Source of the DNA: a virus
Lineage: Duplodnaviria; Heunggongvirae; Uroviricota; Caudoviricetes
DNA: 64,000 nt
Reading direction: 5' to 3' (one strand)
IMG/VR virus record: IMGVR_UViG_3300023371_001771
Location: 1 to 64,000 of that record
The notes below the pieces were generated by a model. It worked only from the letters and a program-made list of their open reading frames with translations, did not search any database and was not told the DNA's origin. Both the position numbers and the translations under genes were made by a program. Position 1 is the first letter of the stretch. Every line of letters begins with the position of its first letter. This document shows positions 27,586 to 37,447 of the stretch, in pieces.

Positions 27586-28529
27586 TTACACAGCAATCTT
27601 TTTATTTACCATGTTGTTAAACTGGTCAAAGATTGCATGTCCATCCATGATTTTGCTCCAGCGGTTTTCTTGATACGTTGCGGTGTTGCGTCGAGGTGCT
27701 GCGTGGGTAATAACATCACTCATTGCGTTAACTGCCTTCCATGCGCTGTCTTCAAACTTTGCAATATCTGGCATGTTGTATGCAGTCCAGTAGTTATTCT
27801 TAAACTGCTGTACATTGTTCTTTTTCTTCTGGCTTGCATCTTCCTTTACAGGGAACATTTCATCAAGAATCTGCTCAATCTGTTCACGATAAAGCTTTGC
27901 GTTTGCAAGTCGGTCTGCCTCTTCATCAAGATTTACCATATAATCGTTAGCCAACTGCAAACACAATTTCGCTTCTTCAAGCTTAGACTGCATATCGCCA
28001 ACGTGCTTAGTGCTCCACTGACGCTTTGCACCATTAAGTGCCATACTTAAAGTGTTCTGACAAACCACTCGAATAGGAGTCATGGCAATTCTGATTGCGC
28101 CTGTGCCATCATGAGAATTTGTAAACACCATAAAAGGATCTACATCATCATCAAGCACCTTCTTTGTAGGCATCTTTGCGAGCAGCCAAATTCTCTTGCC
28201 TCCTGCGAGAGAGCCTGCGGTTTCATAGGTTACAACTCCGTCTTCCGTTTCACCAACAATTTCATCAGTAAACTCAAACGCTTCAACGTCTGTACAATCT
28301 TATAGCGGTCGCTTACAATACCAAGAATCGTGCCATCAGTGTCACGTCTGTTTGCCTTATATCCAGGAATCTCAATGCCAGAATCAGTGAACACAGGAGT
28401 CTGTTCTACGCGCCAATCAAGTCCAGCAAAATGCAATGCGTCTTCGCTCGTCGGTGCCTTTTCAACATTCACACCCAGTCCATGCCACGGTACCTGTCTT
28501 ACATAAAACATAGATTCAACATTATGCAT
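27586..28529 (-). pseudogene. frame-split gene (two ORFs, 28529-28230 and 28173-27586) encoding one ~320-aa protein if a -1 frame change occurs near 28190-28225
   Basis: The upstream ORF ends ...GIVSDRYKIVQ. The -1 frame continues without a stop as DVEAFEFTDEIVGETEDGVVTYETAGSLAGGKRIWLLAK-MPTKK.... No canonical slippery heptamer is seen. Confidence 0.45.
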
Positions 28530-29112
28530 TTTCCTTTTCTCCTTTTTCTTTATAGTAATTACTTACAGTTTCTTTCCACGATTTACCAGACAAAATGCCA
28601 TTTACCAACCCTCTGCTTAGACCGAGCATCTTGGCAATTTTCCTACATCCAAAGCCTGTATCATCTCTTATCTTCAAGATTGTACATACTATATCGCTTG
28701 TGATTATTGCATTATAGTGCTGCTCTTCTCTTGGTGCATATGTTGCTACATCCGCTGGATGTCTTAGCCCATTATCAAGCGCATGCTGATTGTTTTCAGA
28801 TGGCGTCACATATTCAAGATTTTCAATTTTATTGTTATGCTTATTACCATCTTTATGATTAACAACATATCCTTCTGGACACTTGCCAAGAAATGCTTCT
28901 GCAACCGCTCTATGCACACGAATATTTATCACTTGATATTTCTGTGGCCTTGCTTGTAATGTCATATATCCATTTTTATTTTCGAATTGCTTTAATGTAC
29001 GCTTAGTGATTGCATTTCTGAATCTTCCGAAGTTGCTTGCTTCGTACATATTGTTCAGTGACGGAATTGGTTTCCATATTTCATTGCATAGATTTTCATC
29101 ATTAGCTGCCAT
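28522..29112 (-). CDS. HNH homing endonuclease (NUMOD4 N-terminus, HNH_3 core, C-terminal HTH)
   Basis: EIWKPIPSLNNMYEASNFGRFRN (NUMOD4-like), VNHKDGNKHNNKIENLEYVTPSEN (HNH) and IAKMLGLSRGLVNGI (HTH). Confidence 0.8.
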   Translation of the reverse strand: MAANDENLCNEIWKPIPSLNNMYEASNFGRFRNAITKRTLKQFENKNGYMTLQARPQKYQVINIRVHRAVAEAFLGKCPEGYVVNHKDGNKHNNKIENLEYVTPSENNQHALDNGLRHPADVATYAPREEQHYNAIITSDIVCTILKIRDDTGFGCRKIAKMLGLSRGLVNGILSGKSWKETVSNYYKEKGEKENA

Positions 29113-29124
29113 TGTTTTATACCT

Positions 29125-29144
29125 CCATTAATCTTGTACTGTCC
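29125..29144 (-). promoter_or_regulatory. conserved leader motif copy (variant caagattaatgg)
   Basis: gacagtacaagattaatggagg on the minus strand, upstream of the HNH gene. Confidence 0.5.
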
Positions 29145-29451
29145 ACTCATCTACGCAAATCTGATGACTTTCATAGTTCTCATCTGCACCATATGAGATG
29201 CAATAATAACCATGTTCGTAATCTTCTTCAATCCACAGCGCACCACTATCCCAGTCATCATCTGGATACAACTCTTTATTTGAATACTTCTTCATTTCAT
29301 CAGCATACGCTTCTTTTATCTCTTCAAAACCCTCCTTCGCGCACTGAAGTGCTTTGTTTCTGTCGTAAAAACAACCATGTTTTCGTTGTTCAAACGATAT
29401 GTCATAGTCTATTTTGTCTGTGCTTGTTACCGTATATACTTTATTCATCAT
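29128..29451 (-). CDS. hypothetical protein
   Basis: ORF with a leader-motif variant upstream (29125-29144 overlaps the RBS). Confidence 0.45.
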   Translation of the reverse strand: MMNKVYTVTSTDKIDYDISFEQRKHGCFYDRNKALQCAKEGFEEIKEAYADEMKKYSNKELYPDDDWDSGALWIEEDYEHGYYCISYGADENYESHQICVDEWTVQD

Positions 29452-29666
29452 TAATCATCCTCCAACACATCATAATAACTAAGTTCATTTTCTTTCGCTT
29501 CTCTTAGAGCGCTAATATCATATCCGTCATAATCGTCAACGTCAATACAAAACACACCTTCGTTGTAAGCAGCTTCTACTTTCTTTTCTGCATCACTTGC
29601 GTTTTCTGCGGCCACTACAACTGTTCTTGCCAGTGTTTCTTCAATGCGCACAACATAATGCTTCAT
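29451..29666 (-). CDS. hypothetical acidic protein
   Basis: ORF in the array. Confidence 0.45.
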   Translation of the reverse strand: MKHYVVRIEETLARTVVVAAENASDAEKKVEAAYNEGVFCIDVDDYDGYDISALREAKENELSYYDVLEDD

Positions 29667-29678
29667 AGTTACAACTCC

Positions 29679-30275
29679 TTACTCAATCAAGTCGTAAATT
29701 TCATTTCCGTATCTGCAAACAAAGTTTACCTTATTCATTTCCTCAATGACATAATCAATATCTTCAATTGCAATCTCTCCAAGGTCATATCCAATATCGG
29801 TTATGTTGTCAAGCGTTTTCGGTTCAAATTCATCGCCATATTCTGCGATTTCTTCGTTGTAATGTTCAATGCAATCGTAATAATAGAATACGCTGTTATG
29901 AATCACCTCGTCATCAAGGTCAATTTCAATATCGCCCTCACTCCAATACTGAAGTTCTTCCATTCCCTTTTCACTTAGTGCAATGAGACCGCGGTTTCTG
30001 CTATAGTCTTCCTTTTTGAAAGTTTCATTCGGATAAAGTTTCTGAATGTAATCAAACTCATAAGCGTCACCTCGAATGCCGCCACCATTATCTTCGCAGA
30101 ATCGAATCAGTCTGAGCAAGAGTGCGCTTTCGCTTTCATCTTCGCTGTTGTAAATGCAGTTTACTATGTCTCTTGCTTCCATCAGTGCACTGTGACTGTA
30201 TGCGCTCCAATGAAAGTAAATCTTGCACAAGTCCTTGCCACATCTATTAACTGTTACAACCAATCTCTGTCCCAT
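29679..30275 (-). CDS. hypothetical protein
   Basis: ORF in the array. Confidence 0.45.
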   Translation of the reverse strand: MGQRLVVTVNRCGKDLCKIYFHWSAYSHSALMEARDIVNCIYNSEDESESALLLRLIRFCEDNGGGIRGDAYEFDYIQKLYPNETFKKEDYSRNRGLIALSEKGMEELQYWSEGDIEIDLDDEVIHNSVFYYYDCIEHYNEEIAEYGDEFEPKTLDNITDIGYDLGEIAIEDIDYVIEEMNKVNFVCRYGNEIYDLIE

Positions 30276-30277
30276 AT

Positions 30278-30460
30278 TTATTCTCCTTTCTTTGCACCAT
30301 CAATAATTTCCATTATATCTTCAAATGGATCTCTAAAATGTTCGGTGGTATCAAGTCTTGCGCAGTATGTGTCAACACCATCGTAGAACTTGTCTCTTAA
30401 TCGTTGTATTTTTTTATATTCTTTTTCTGTTATTGTTATCACGCACTTCGCTCCTTTCAT
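30278..30460 (-). CDS. hypothetical protein
   Basis: ORF with the leader motif upstream at 30457-30476. Confidence 0.45.
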   Translation of the reverse strand: MKGAKCVITITEKEYKKIQRLRDKFYDGVDTYCARLDTTEHFRDPFEDIMEIIDGAKKGE

Positions 30461-30476
30461 TAATTTTGTACTGTTT
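30457..30476 (-). promoter_or_regulatory. conserved leader motif copy
   Basis: aaacagtacaaaattaatga on the minus strand. Confidence 0.5.
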
Positions 30477-30682
30477 CATTATATCACTTTCCTTACTAAT
30501 TTGTCTTTCTATTTTTTCAATCCTTTATTTTAAATGTTCGTAAGTAGCAAGTGACCCGATGTTTCCTATGCATATGAGAATAAACCCTATTCTCATCATC
30601 ATTTCGGAATCTCCTGCACACATCCACGTTAAAATGCCTACAATGCTTGTTTGTATAAATGCTATCATTCGATCACTCTCCT

Positions 30683-30877
30683 TTAATACATCATGAATCT
30701 TCCTTCTTCGTCCTCGGCATTGGCTACATTCCAGTTGATGTTTTCAAGCCGACCAAAGTTAATCTCACATACCATGTCGTTTGCCTTATCTGCCGCTTCA
30801 TCAAAACTATTAGCTTCAACTTCAATGTACACTCTGCCATCTACGGCAACGCCTACTGTGTACTTCATTTCATCCAC
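30683..30877 (-). CDS. hypothetical protein
   Basis: ORF in the array. Confidence 0.4.
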   Translation of the reverse strand: MDEMKYTVGVAVDGRVYIEVEANSFDEAADKANDMVCEINFGRLENINWNVANAEDEEGRFMMY

Positions 30878-31200
30878 TCTCCAAATCCGTTAATGTACAT
30901 ATCACCATTCTTTACTCGAATCGAACGAAAAGCAAGCGCAATTCTTTCTCCAAGACTTACACTGTCGAAGTAATTGTCCACCTCCATTAGACATCTTATA
31001 AATGCGCTTGGCTTGTCACAGCTGTCAAGATAATCAAACATTGCGGTTTTCATAATCTTTGACATTTGGGATTGAGTGTATTCTTCAATAGGAACATCAC
31101 ATTCTTTTGACATGTATTCTTTAGCGGCTTCAATTACATCTCCATACGCTACCTTTTTACATGCCATGATTATGTTGTAGGTTCTTTCGGTCATTTGCAT
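30865..31200 (-). CDS. hypothetical protein
   Basis: ORF in the array. Confidence 0.45.
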   Translation of the reverse strand: MQMTERTYNIIMACKKVAYGDVIEAAKEYMSKECDVPIEEYTQSQMSKIMKTAMFDYLDSCDKPSAFIRCLMEVDNYFDSVSLGERIALAFRSIRVKNGDMYINGFGEWMK

Positions 31201-31460
31201 CTCCTTAAAATTTCGTCTCTCAAAAGATTCACAGCCCTGTTAATTGTATCCTCATATCCTTTTCGGCATACACCACCATACCACCATCTATTAGACATGA
31301 GCCTTCCAATATCACTTTCATTATCAAAGCGAATGTCAGTTTCCTTTCGTTTATGAATTCGGTGGCATTCCTCGCAAATGTAACAATGGTCGAATGTAAC
31401 AAGTCGGACAATAAGGTTGGGTAGCTGTTTAAGTTTCCATTTAATGTGATGCAGTTTCAC
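31191..31460 (-). CDS. zinc-finger protein
   Basis: Contains CYICEECHRIH...C. Confidence 0.45.
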   Translation of the reverse strand: MKLHHIKWKLKQLPNLIVRLVTFDHCYICEECHRIHKRKETDIRFDNESDIGRLMSNRWWYGGVCRKGYEDTINRAVNLLRDEILRRCK

Positions 31461-31766
31461 TTATATCACCCTCTCAACAATGCCAAGGTTGTAAATGTGA
31501 ATATCATTTGGATTGATTTCATTGCTCTCGCCAATAACTGATTCAAATGTAGAACGATGGAATTTGTGAATCTTATCAAAGTCTCCTTTAATTTGATCCA
31601 CAATATCTCTTGCGTTAGCAAGTCCAACAATAATACTTTGATCATCAATATAAGGCATTTTAGGTTGAATACCCCATACGTGACCTCTATCTATATAAAG
31701 ACAGATTAGTTCGTTTGGTGCTGTTCCGAGTACGTAGAGGTTGCTTCGCGGTTTTGTTTTGTACAT
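31461..31766 (-). CDS. hypothetical protein
   Basis: ORF in the array. Confidence 0.45.
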   Translation of the reverse strand: MYKTKPRSNLYVLGTAPNELICLYIDRGHVWGIQPKMPYIDDQSIIVGLANARDIVDQIKGDFDKIHKFHRSTFESVIGESNEINPNDIHIYNLGIVERVI

Positions 31767-31936
31767 TTAAGTTACCTCCGTTAATCAAATCCATATTTAA
31801 TAAACGTACCACATTCAGCAATTACTACGCATACGAGTAGCGCCCAAAATGCCGCTCCATCAATTCCGTTCTTGCGTGCGATTATACCAAAAAGAATGTA
31901 TCCGAGTGAACTGATGATTTGTCCAATTACTTTCAT

Positions 31937-32206
31937 TTACTTTACCTCCGTACAGTCATTTTCCCAAACAACACCATTATTTTCAACTATAAGCCTGCAA
32001 TTCAATGGGATTACCATGTCACTCGGGCGAAAAATTCTTGTAAGTCCATGTGAGATAGTAACTGCGTTACACATAATTGTTCCAAGTGAGTTTTCTACTG
32101 GACCAATTACCATAAACATTGCTCCACCATGTTCAAATACAGTTCCGCTACTAAGATTTCTGAATTCTACACTGGGAATCTTGGATCTGTTATCAGCAAC
32201 TACCAT
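31937..32206 (-). CDS. small protein, member of a 4-copy paralogous family
   Basis: Shares the G.VF...G..FM......N.AV.L..G......E.VI.L...L.I pattern with 33829-34038, 34054-34275 and 34290-34538. Confidence 0.5.
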   Translation of the reverse strand: MVVADNRSKIPSVEFRNLSSGTVFEHGGAMFMVIGPVENSLGTIMCNAVTISHGLTRIFRPSDMVIPLNCRLIVENNGVVWENDCTEVK

Positions 32207-32207
32207 G

Positions 32208-32465
32208 TTATTTTACCTCAGTCCTCTCTACGGCTTCATTCCACTTTTCTCTTGCTTCACGAATAGTCTTACCACGTTCGCTTCTGAGACCACACGTGCA
32301 TTTGTAAATATAACCAGATTCTTTTGCGACCGAATCGTATGTTACGTAGTTGTCAATGCGCTTGCGACCACAAACACAAGGAAGTAGCTTCACTGGTTTA
32401 GGTGGAATCTTGATGATGTTGTAGCCCAGCTTTTTCGCTTCGAGTTTGAGTTCTTCAACTGTCAT
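32208..32465 (-). CDS. zinc-ribbon protein
   Basis: Contains CVCGRKR...CTCG. Confidence 0.45.
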   Translation of the reverse strand: MTVEELKLEAKKLGYNIIKIPPKPVKLLPCVCGRKRIDNYVTYDSVAKESGYIYKCTCGLRSERGKTIREAREKWNEAVERTEVK

Positions 32466-32480
32466 GGTGCACTTCCTTTC

Positions 32481-32681
32481 TTAGTAATGCTCTTTCAGCG
32501 TTTCGTCCAGATATGCAAATCCGTTGTGGTTTTCAATGATCTCATAGTCTTCAGGTTCAATATATCCACCACAACAGAAACACAGGATAAATCCGTTGTC
32601 GAAGAGAATACCGAAATGCTCTGTGGAGTTTTCTTCCAGAGTGTCTCTGAATTTTACGAGGCTTACTGCATTTTCACCCAT
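32481..32681 (-). CDS. hypothetical protein
   Basis: ORF in the array. Confidence 0.4.
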   Translation of the reverse strand: MGENAVSLVKFRDTLEENSTEHFGILFDNGFILCFCCGGYIEPEDYEIIENHNGFAYLDETLKEHY

Positions 32682-32862
32682 TGTTATTCTCCTTTACAAA
32701 CTGTTGTTTTTTAAACTCAGGATTATGATGGATTTGTGAAACATAATATAACATTTCAATGAGTCCTTCTTCGTTTAGTTTTGATGTTAAAAGGAGAATA
32801 CACTTTATCAAGATTTCTTCGTCGCTTATAGTATGGTGTTTGGCACTCATAACTACTCTCCT

Positions 32863-33231
32863 TTACAACTCATATGCACTCAACGACCAACTGTAGCCAT
32901 ACTCAAAATATAGATTATACTTTGCGAATAGCTTCTGAAGCTGTTCTTCAAGCTTATAGCCGCCGCGCACATATCCGTTAAGCACTGAGTACAGCGGCCC
33001 TTCAAAGCTCATTGTGATTGTGTCGGGATTTGCGTATTCGATGTATTTCAGAGGATCTTTGCCTTCGTACTGATATAGATCTTCATCAATTTTCTTGCCA
33101 AGCACTCCCTCCCATTCGTCACAGTCTGCAAATGCCTTGCCATCGAAGTAGATTACAATGTCGCTCCAGAGATGATGCTTTTTGCACCATGTGTATATGT
33201 CTATTGCAAGTGATTCGTTTCTGTTGGTCAT
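32863..33231 (-). CDS. hypothetical protein
   Basis: ORF in the array. Confidence 0.45.
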   Translation of the reverse strand: MTNRNESLAIDIYTWCKKHHLWSDIVIYFDGKAFADCDEWEGVLGKKIDEDLYQYEGKDPLKYIEYANPDTITMSFEGPLYSVLNGYVRGGYKLEEQLQKLFAKYNLYFEYGYSWSLSAYEL

Positions 33232-33246
33232 TGTTTTATACCTCCT

Positions 33247-33546
33247 TTAATCAGTTGTTCTCCAATAATACTCAAGCTCTTCTCCCTTAAGCTTCTCCCA
33301 TGCGTAGTTATTTGCTTCGTGATACAGGTTTGAATACAGCAGAGAGTATTCGTTATTTCCTGTATGGTAAAAGTCCCAGCATTTCCAGTTAAGCACCATT
33401 ACAAGTTCTGTAAGATACTTGTGGTTTGACTTCCATTCGTTGAACGCTCTGGTGTATGTTTCCTTTATTGCGTGAATACCGAATCTGTCTGCGATGCTGA
33501 AATCCTGCCAGAAAGTGGTGATTGTTTCGTATCCGTTTATGTTCAT
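33247..33546 (-). CDS. hypothetical protein
   Basis: ORF in the array. Confidence 0.45.
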   Translation of the reverse strand: MNINGYETITTFWQDFSIADRFGIHAIKETYTRAFNEWKSNHKYLTELVMVLNWKCWDFYHTGNNEYSLLYSNLYHEANNYAWEKLKGEELEYYWRTTD

Positions 33547-33828
33547 GATTTTACCTCCTTACATTTCATCAATTAGTTCAAGTAGATCATTAAGTGCGGA
33601 AACTCTTCCATATTCAAAATCATTCATATGACGATTTTCTGTTGCATCATACACTTCTTTTAGCAACCGTTCAATTAGCAATCGCAATTTATTTTCCATG
33701 ATTTTCAACCTCATTTATTGCTTCAATCATGCTGTCTGCGCTACAGTAGTATTCTCCATTGATGTAGACTTCGTAGTGTCCGTTGACTTGTACGATGCGC
33801 AAGTTATCTGGCATTTGAATCACTTCCT

Positions 33829-34038
33829 TTATTTGATGGTGAATTCGTAATCAACGATGTAAACGATTGTTTCTTCATCAAAGTAACATACATCTCCGTC
33901 ATACAGGTTAACTGCATTGTTATTGCACATAGGGTCGTAAATTTTCATGTAGTATAGCCCACCACTTGTGGCGAAAACTGAACCACATGTAAGGTCTTCA
34001 AGTTTTGCCGTGTTATTATGAGGTTTGTTAATGTACAT
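33829..34038 (-). CDS. small protein, paralog family member
   Basis: See 31937-32206. One of three adjacent paralogs. Confidence 0.5.
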   Translation of the reverse strand: MYINKPHNNTAKLEDLTCGSVFATSGGLYYMKIYDPMCNNNAVNLYDGDVCYFDEETIVYIVDYEFTIK

Positions 34039-34053
34039 ATGTAATTTCCTTTC

Positions 34054-34275
34054 TTACTTGATGATGAGTTCGTGGTCGAGAGTGATAACAACAGCAGTTT
34101 CATATGCCATTTCAAGACTGCCGTTTGTCAAATCAACCACATTACACATGAAGTCACCAGTTTCAATTCTTTCAGTTTTCATGAAAATATGGTCGCCAGT
34201 CTGAAACTTGAATACAGTTCCTTTTTCGAGGCTGTGAAAAAATTTTGCATTCTCCGGTTTCTTAGTGATATTCAT
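34054..34275 (-). CDS. small protein, paralog family member
   Basis: See 31937-32206. Confidence 0.5.
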   Translation of the reverse strand: MNITKKPENAKFFHSLEKGTVFKFQTGDHIFMKTERIETGDFMCNVVDLTNGSLEMAYETAVVITLDHELIIK

Positions 34276-34289
34276 GTTGCATTTCCTTT

Positions 34290-34538
34290 CTATAGTACAA
34301 TCAGTTCACAGTTGAAAGGGATGACTGATTCGTCTGCGTTGAAGCAATGCGTTGTTCCTTCTTCAAGGTTTACTGCATTGTGATAACTCGTTTGGCATGA
34401 GATTAGTGGTATTTTTATAAAATACTCTTCTCCATACTTGAATGTTGCGCCGACCCCAAGGTCTCCAAATTCAATACCACCCAATGCATTATCAATTATT
34501 TTCATTTCTTTACCTCCATTCACCACGGAAAAATCCAT
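34290..34538 (-). CDS. small protein, paralog family member
   Basis: See 31937-32206. Confidence 0.5.
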   Translation of the reverse strand: MDFSVVNGGKEMKIIDNALGGIEFGDLGVGATFKYGEEYFIKIPLISCQTSYHNAVNLEEGTTHCFNADESVIPFNCELIVL

Positions 34539-34720
34539 GAATCATATTGTTTGATACTAATTTCACCGTTACGACAAAGCGAGTCAACGAAGATTTCCCA
34601 TTCGTACTGCACTGCAAGTCTATCTTTCTTGATAGCTTGATGCAAGTTTTCTTTATCTCCGTAGTAAGATTCTACGAAGAGCTGAGTTGCTTCTGCCTTC
34701 TTCATTGGACCATAGTCCAT
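34520..34720 (-). CDS. hypothetical protein
   Basis: ORF trimmed to ATG (MDYGPMKK) after AGGAGA. Confidence 0.4.
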   Translation of the reverse strand: MDYGPMKKAEATQLFVESYYGDKENLHQAIKKDRLAVQYEWEIFVDSLCRNGEISIKQYDSWIFPW

Positions 34721-34721
34721 G

Positions 34722-35108
34722 TTATTCATCTCCTTCGCAAAGCATTCTTGCGGCCTCCTTGAGGACGCATACACATTCGGATGGACTGTATGTTCTGATG
34801 TCCTTGCGCACAAACAAGTTTGCAATACCTACGCGCATTCGCTTGTATTCAAGCACTTTTGTCTTGTTGTCTGCCTTTGGGTGAAATCCAGATGCTGCAT
34901 CCCACACTCGAAGTGGAGTGTTATTGAAGTTGATATCTGTTTTGTATTTCTCTTTGAGGTAGTCAAGCTCAAACGGAATGTAATACTTAACATTATCAAA
35001 TCCAAGCTTGTCTATTACACGGCGCATGTAATCACGCCATGATATTTCCTGACCTGTGTCAAGATCTCTGTAGTAGGAATCCACATTTGCAAACTCTTTA
35101 AGAGTCAT
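34722..35108 (-). CDS. hypothetical protein
   Basis: ORF in the array. Confidence 0.45.
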   Translation of the reverse strand: MTLKEFANVDSYYRDLDTGQEISWRDYMRRVIDKLGFDNVKYYIPFELDYLKEKYKTDINFNNTPLRVWDAASGFHPKADNKTKVLEYKRMRVGIANLFVRKDIRTYSPSECVCVLKEAARMLCEGDE

Positions 35109-35110
35109 GT

Positions 35111-36232
35111 TTATTTCTCCTTTCTCTTACTGAATTTCTTGTTGAATGCTTCAATTGCTTCGCGCTGCTCTTCATTGCAAGGAGTATTGTATGCCTGGAA
35201 AGCCTGCACAATTTCTCCGTTGCGCACTTCAATGGTTACTACACTCTTAGTGGGATTGTCTTTCTTACGCAAGAACAGAATATCACAACCACCATTGATT
35301 ACGCGCTCAATGTAGCTTGCGACGCAATTCTGTTGCTGAACTGCTTCATCCTTGATATCCTGAGTGCAACGAGGATAGAAGAACTTGTAATCTCCGTGAG
35401 TGATTTCATATTCAGGCTTGATTTGCTTTGCAAAGTTCCGTTCGTCGAACTGGTGCTTCAAGCGCTCAAAGTTTCTAGCTGCAATCTTGTGAGTGCTCAG
35501 GAAGTAACGAGGATATTTTTCAAACTTGTTGCTGATAAGTGACATCATGTTTGCGTAGTCACCAATTTCTCTTACAAGACCGTATGTGTTCAGTCCTTCA
35601 AGGGTGAGCAAGTAGTCAATGTAGCGCAAAAGTGCCTTGAGGTCGTAGTTGAGGTGGTGAAGCAAACGGCAAGATGCATCATATCCGTAGTAATCACGAG
35701 GAGTGAGCGCATTCAAGATGCCCCAAAGCTCATTGTCAGTTAGAGTTTCAAATTCCATTGAGAAAGCGACAGTGTAGGCGTCCGGCATTTTCTTGTAGCT
35801 GTTAATCAGCTCTCTATTGAGCGATTTATTGTACGTTCTGCACAGCTTCAGAAGTCCCTTGGGCACTTCCTTTAACGGAATGCTAATATCCCAATCTGCC
35901 TTGAGCCCCGCAATGTAATACTGTTCGTAAGTCTTGTATTCATTTGCGTATTTGAGCAGAGTGCCCAAATTTGTTACACGACTCTTGCTATTGTAATATC
36001 TGTATGTGTGCGGCGTTTTGTGCTGCCATACTTCAATCAAAAATCCACGATATTTTTCATCCGTAAACGAATTGAGAATGTCCATGATTTCCATTCCAGC
36101 AAGTGCGCTGGTAAGAGTTTTAACAGGATAACCTCCCTTGCCAATGGTTTCACCAGTATTCATGTTGTAGGTTGCACGCTTTCCGTTCTCGAAATCAAAT
36201 ATGATGAGTTCTTTTTCTTTATAGCACTTCAT
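35111..36232 (-). CDS. PcfJ-like protein
   Basis: C-terminal NCVASYIERVINGGCDILFLRKKDNPTKSVVTIEV...GEIVQAFQAYN resembles the PcfJ domain. Trimmed to ATG (MKCYKE) after AAAGGAGA. Confidence 0.45.
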   Translation of the reverse strand: MKCYKEKELIIFDFENGKRATYNMNTGETIGKGGYPVKTLTSALAGMEIMDILNSFTDEKYRGFLIEVWQHKTPHTYRYYNSKSRVTNLGTLLKYANEYKTYEQYYIAGLKADWDISIPLKEVPKGLLKLCRTYNKSLNRELINSYKKMPDAYTVAFSMEFETLTDNELWGILNALTPRDYYGYDASCRLLHHLNYDLKALLRYIDYLLTLEGLNTYGLVREIGDYANMMSLISNKFEKYPRYFLSTHKIAARNFERLKHQFDERNFAKQIKPEYEITHGDYKFFYPRCTQDIKDEAVQQQNCVASYIERVINGGCDILFLRKKDNPTKSVVTIEVRNGEIVQAFQAYNTPCNEEQREAIEAFNKKFSKRKEK

Positions 36233-36293
36233 GCTGTCATTCTCCTTTGCTAGGGGTGAGGTTTTGCGCCCCACCCCATAGTCGTTGTTTGCC

Positions 36294-36857
36294 TTATGCG
36301 ATGTAATTTGCGCCGCAAATAGGACAAATGCTATCTTCATGCGTTACAGGATTTTCAACGAGTTCATCATTGTCAATCCAGTTTCCGCAATGTTCGCACT
36401 TGGTGACAGTTCCCTTTTCCCACAGGTCATCAAGGCACTCTTCGCATACCACATACTCTGCGCCAATTCCCTTGTTGACCACAGTTGCATATTCCTTGAC
36501 GATAATCTGACCGCATTCATCGCAGGTAACAACTGCAGGCTTAGGTTCATGTTTCTCTTCAGGCTTCGTTTCATATACAAAGACCATGCTGCTCAGGATT
36601 TCAGACTTGTTGCTCCAATTGCGCTGCATTTCCTTGATGGTTTCCGTTACGTCAAAATTTCCATCAATCTGCACATTGGCATCTACTTCATAAAGGTCAT
36701 ATTCCTTGTAGGTCGTGTTTCCATCACAGGATGCCATGAAACTGCCGCTTCGCAGTCCAAGAGTTTTCGCAAACTCCATGAGTTCTCGCTTGCAAATCAT
36801 TTCCGCAGTGTTGGTGCTGATTGCCTTGACCGTGAGGATGATGTTCAGAGTCTTCAT
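36294..36857 (-). CDS. multi-zinc-ribbon protein
   Basis: C-terminal half carries four CxxC pairs (CDECG, CEEC, CEHCG, CPICG). Confidence 0.5.
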   Translation of the reverse strand: MKTLNIILTVKAISTNTAEMICKRELMEFAKTLGLRSGSFMASCDGNTTYKEYDLYEVDANVQIDGNFDVTETIKEMQRNWSNKSEILSSMVFVYETKPEEKHEPKPAVVTCDECGQIIVKEYATVVNKGIGAEYVVCEECLDDLWEKGTVTKCEHCGNWIDNDELVENPVTHEDSICPICGANYIA

Positions 36858-36905
36858 GATGTCATTTCTCCTTTTGATGTTGTGTATTATTAACAGACTG
36901 TGCTG

Positions 36906-37109
36906 TTAATCTCCCTTGCAATTAGAACAGTATACATTTCCCTCGTCGTCAATGAATGCACTGGGCAGCGCCATAGTCATAGTGCAACAGCTGCATTCCA
37001 CAACCAGAGGCAAACCACGCTTATGAAACCAAGTTCCGTCAGTCATTCCCTTGGGCATTTCTTCGTTGTAGTTGTCTTTGAGCCACTTAGCAAAGGATTT
37101 CATTTGCAT
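36906..37109 (-). CDS. zinc-finger protein
   Basis: Contains CSCC...C..C. Confidence 0.4.
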   Translation of the reverse strand: MQMKSFAKWLKDNYNEEMPKGMTDGTWFHKRGLPLVVECSCCTMTMALPSAFIDDEGNVYCSNCKGD

Positions 37110-37444
37110 TATCTCCCTTCTACATGCTGCATGAGCTTTTCCATATTGAACTGGAATTCGGGATATACACAGAAACCACTTGCCTTGAGGTTTCCAGTGG
37201 GATGGCCAATTTCGTTTTCACAAAGCCATTCAATGATTTCGTTTCCATTGTTGTTGGTATCAATGAATGCACAGTTCGGTTCACATTTAACACCGAGATT
37301 CACAGTGAGATTCTGCCAAGGCTCAGGATATCCTTCTTCGTGAGTGATGAGACCCACATAAAGATTTCCGTTTTCGAGGTAAGTGTCAATGTCAAAGGTC
37401 ATAGGATGTTTCTTTCCGTATTTGTTAAGGATGATTGCTTTCAT
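37109..37444 (-). CDS. hypothetical protein
   Basis: ORF in the array. Confidence 0.45.
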   Translation of the reverse strand: MKAIILNKYGKKHPMTFDIDTYLENGNLYVGLITHEEGYPEPWQNLTVNLGVKCEPNCAFIDTNNNGNEIIEWLCENEIGHPTGNLKASGFCVYPEFQFNMEKLMQHVEGR

Positions 37445-37447
37445 TTT

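Noticed and set aside
27586-28529. Programmed -1 ribosomal frameshift
   Set aside because: No X XXY YYZ slippery heptamer and no obvious downstream stimulatory structure in the overlap. A sequencing indel or pseudogene is more parsimonious.
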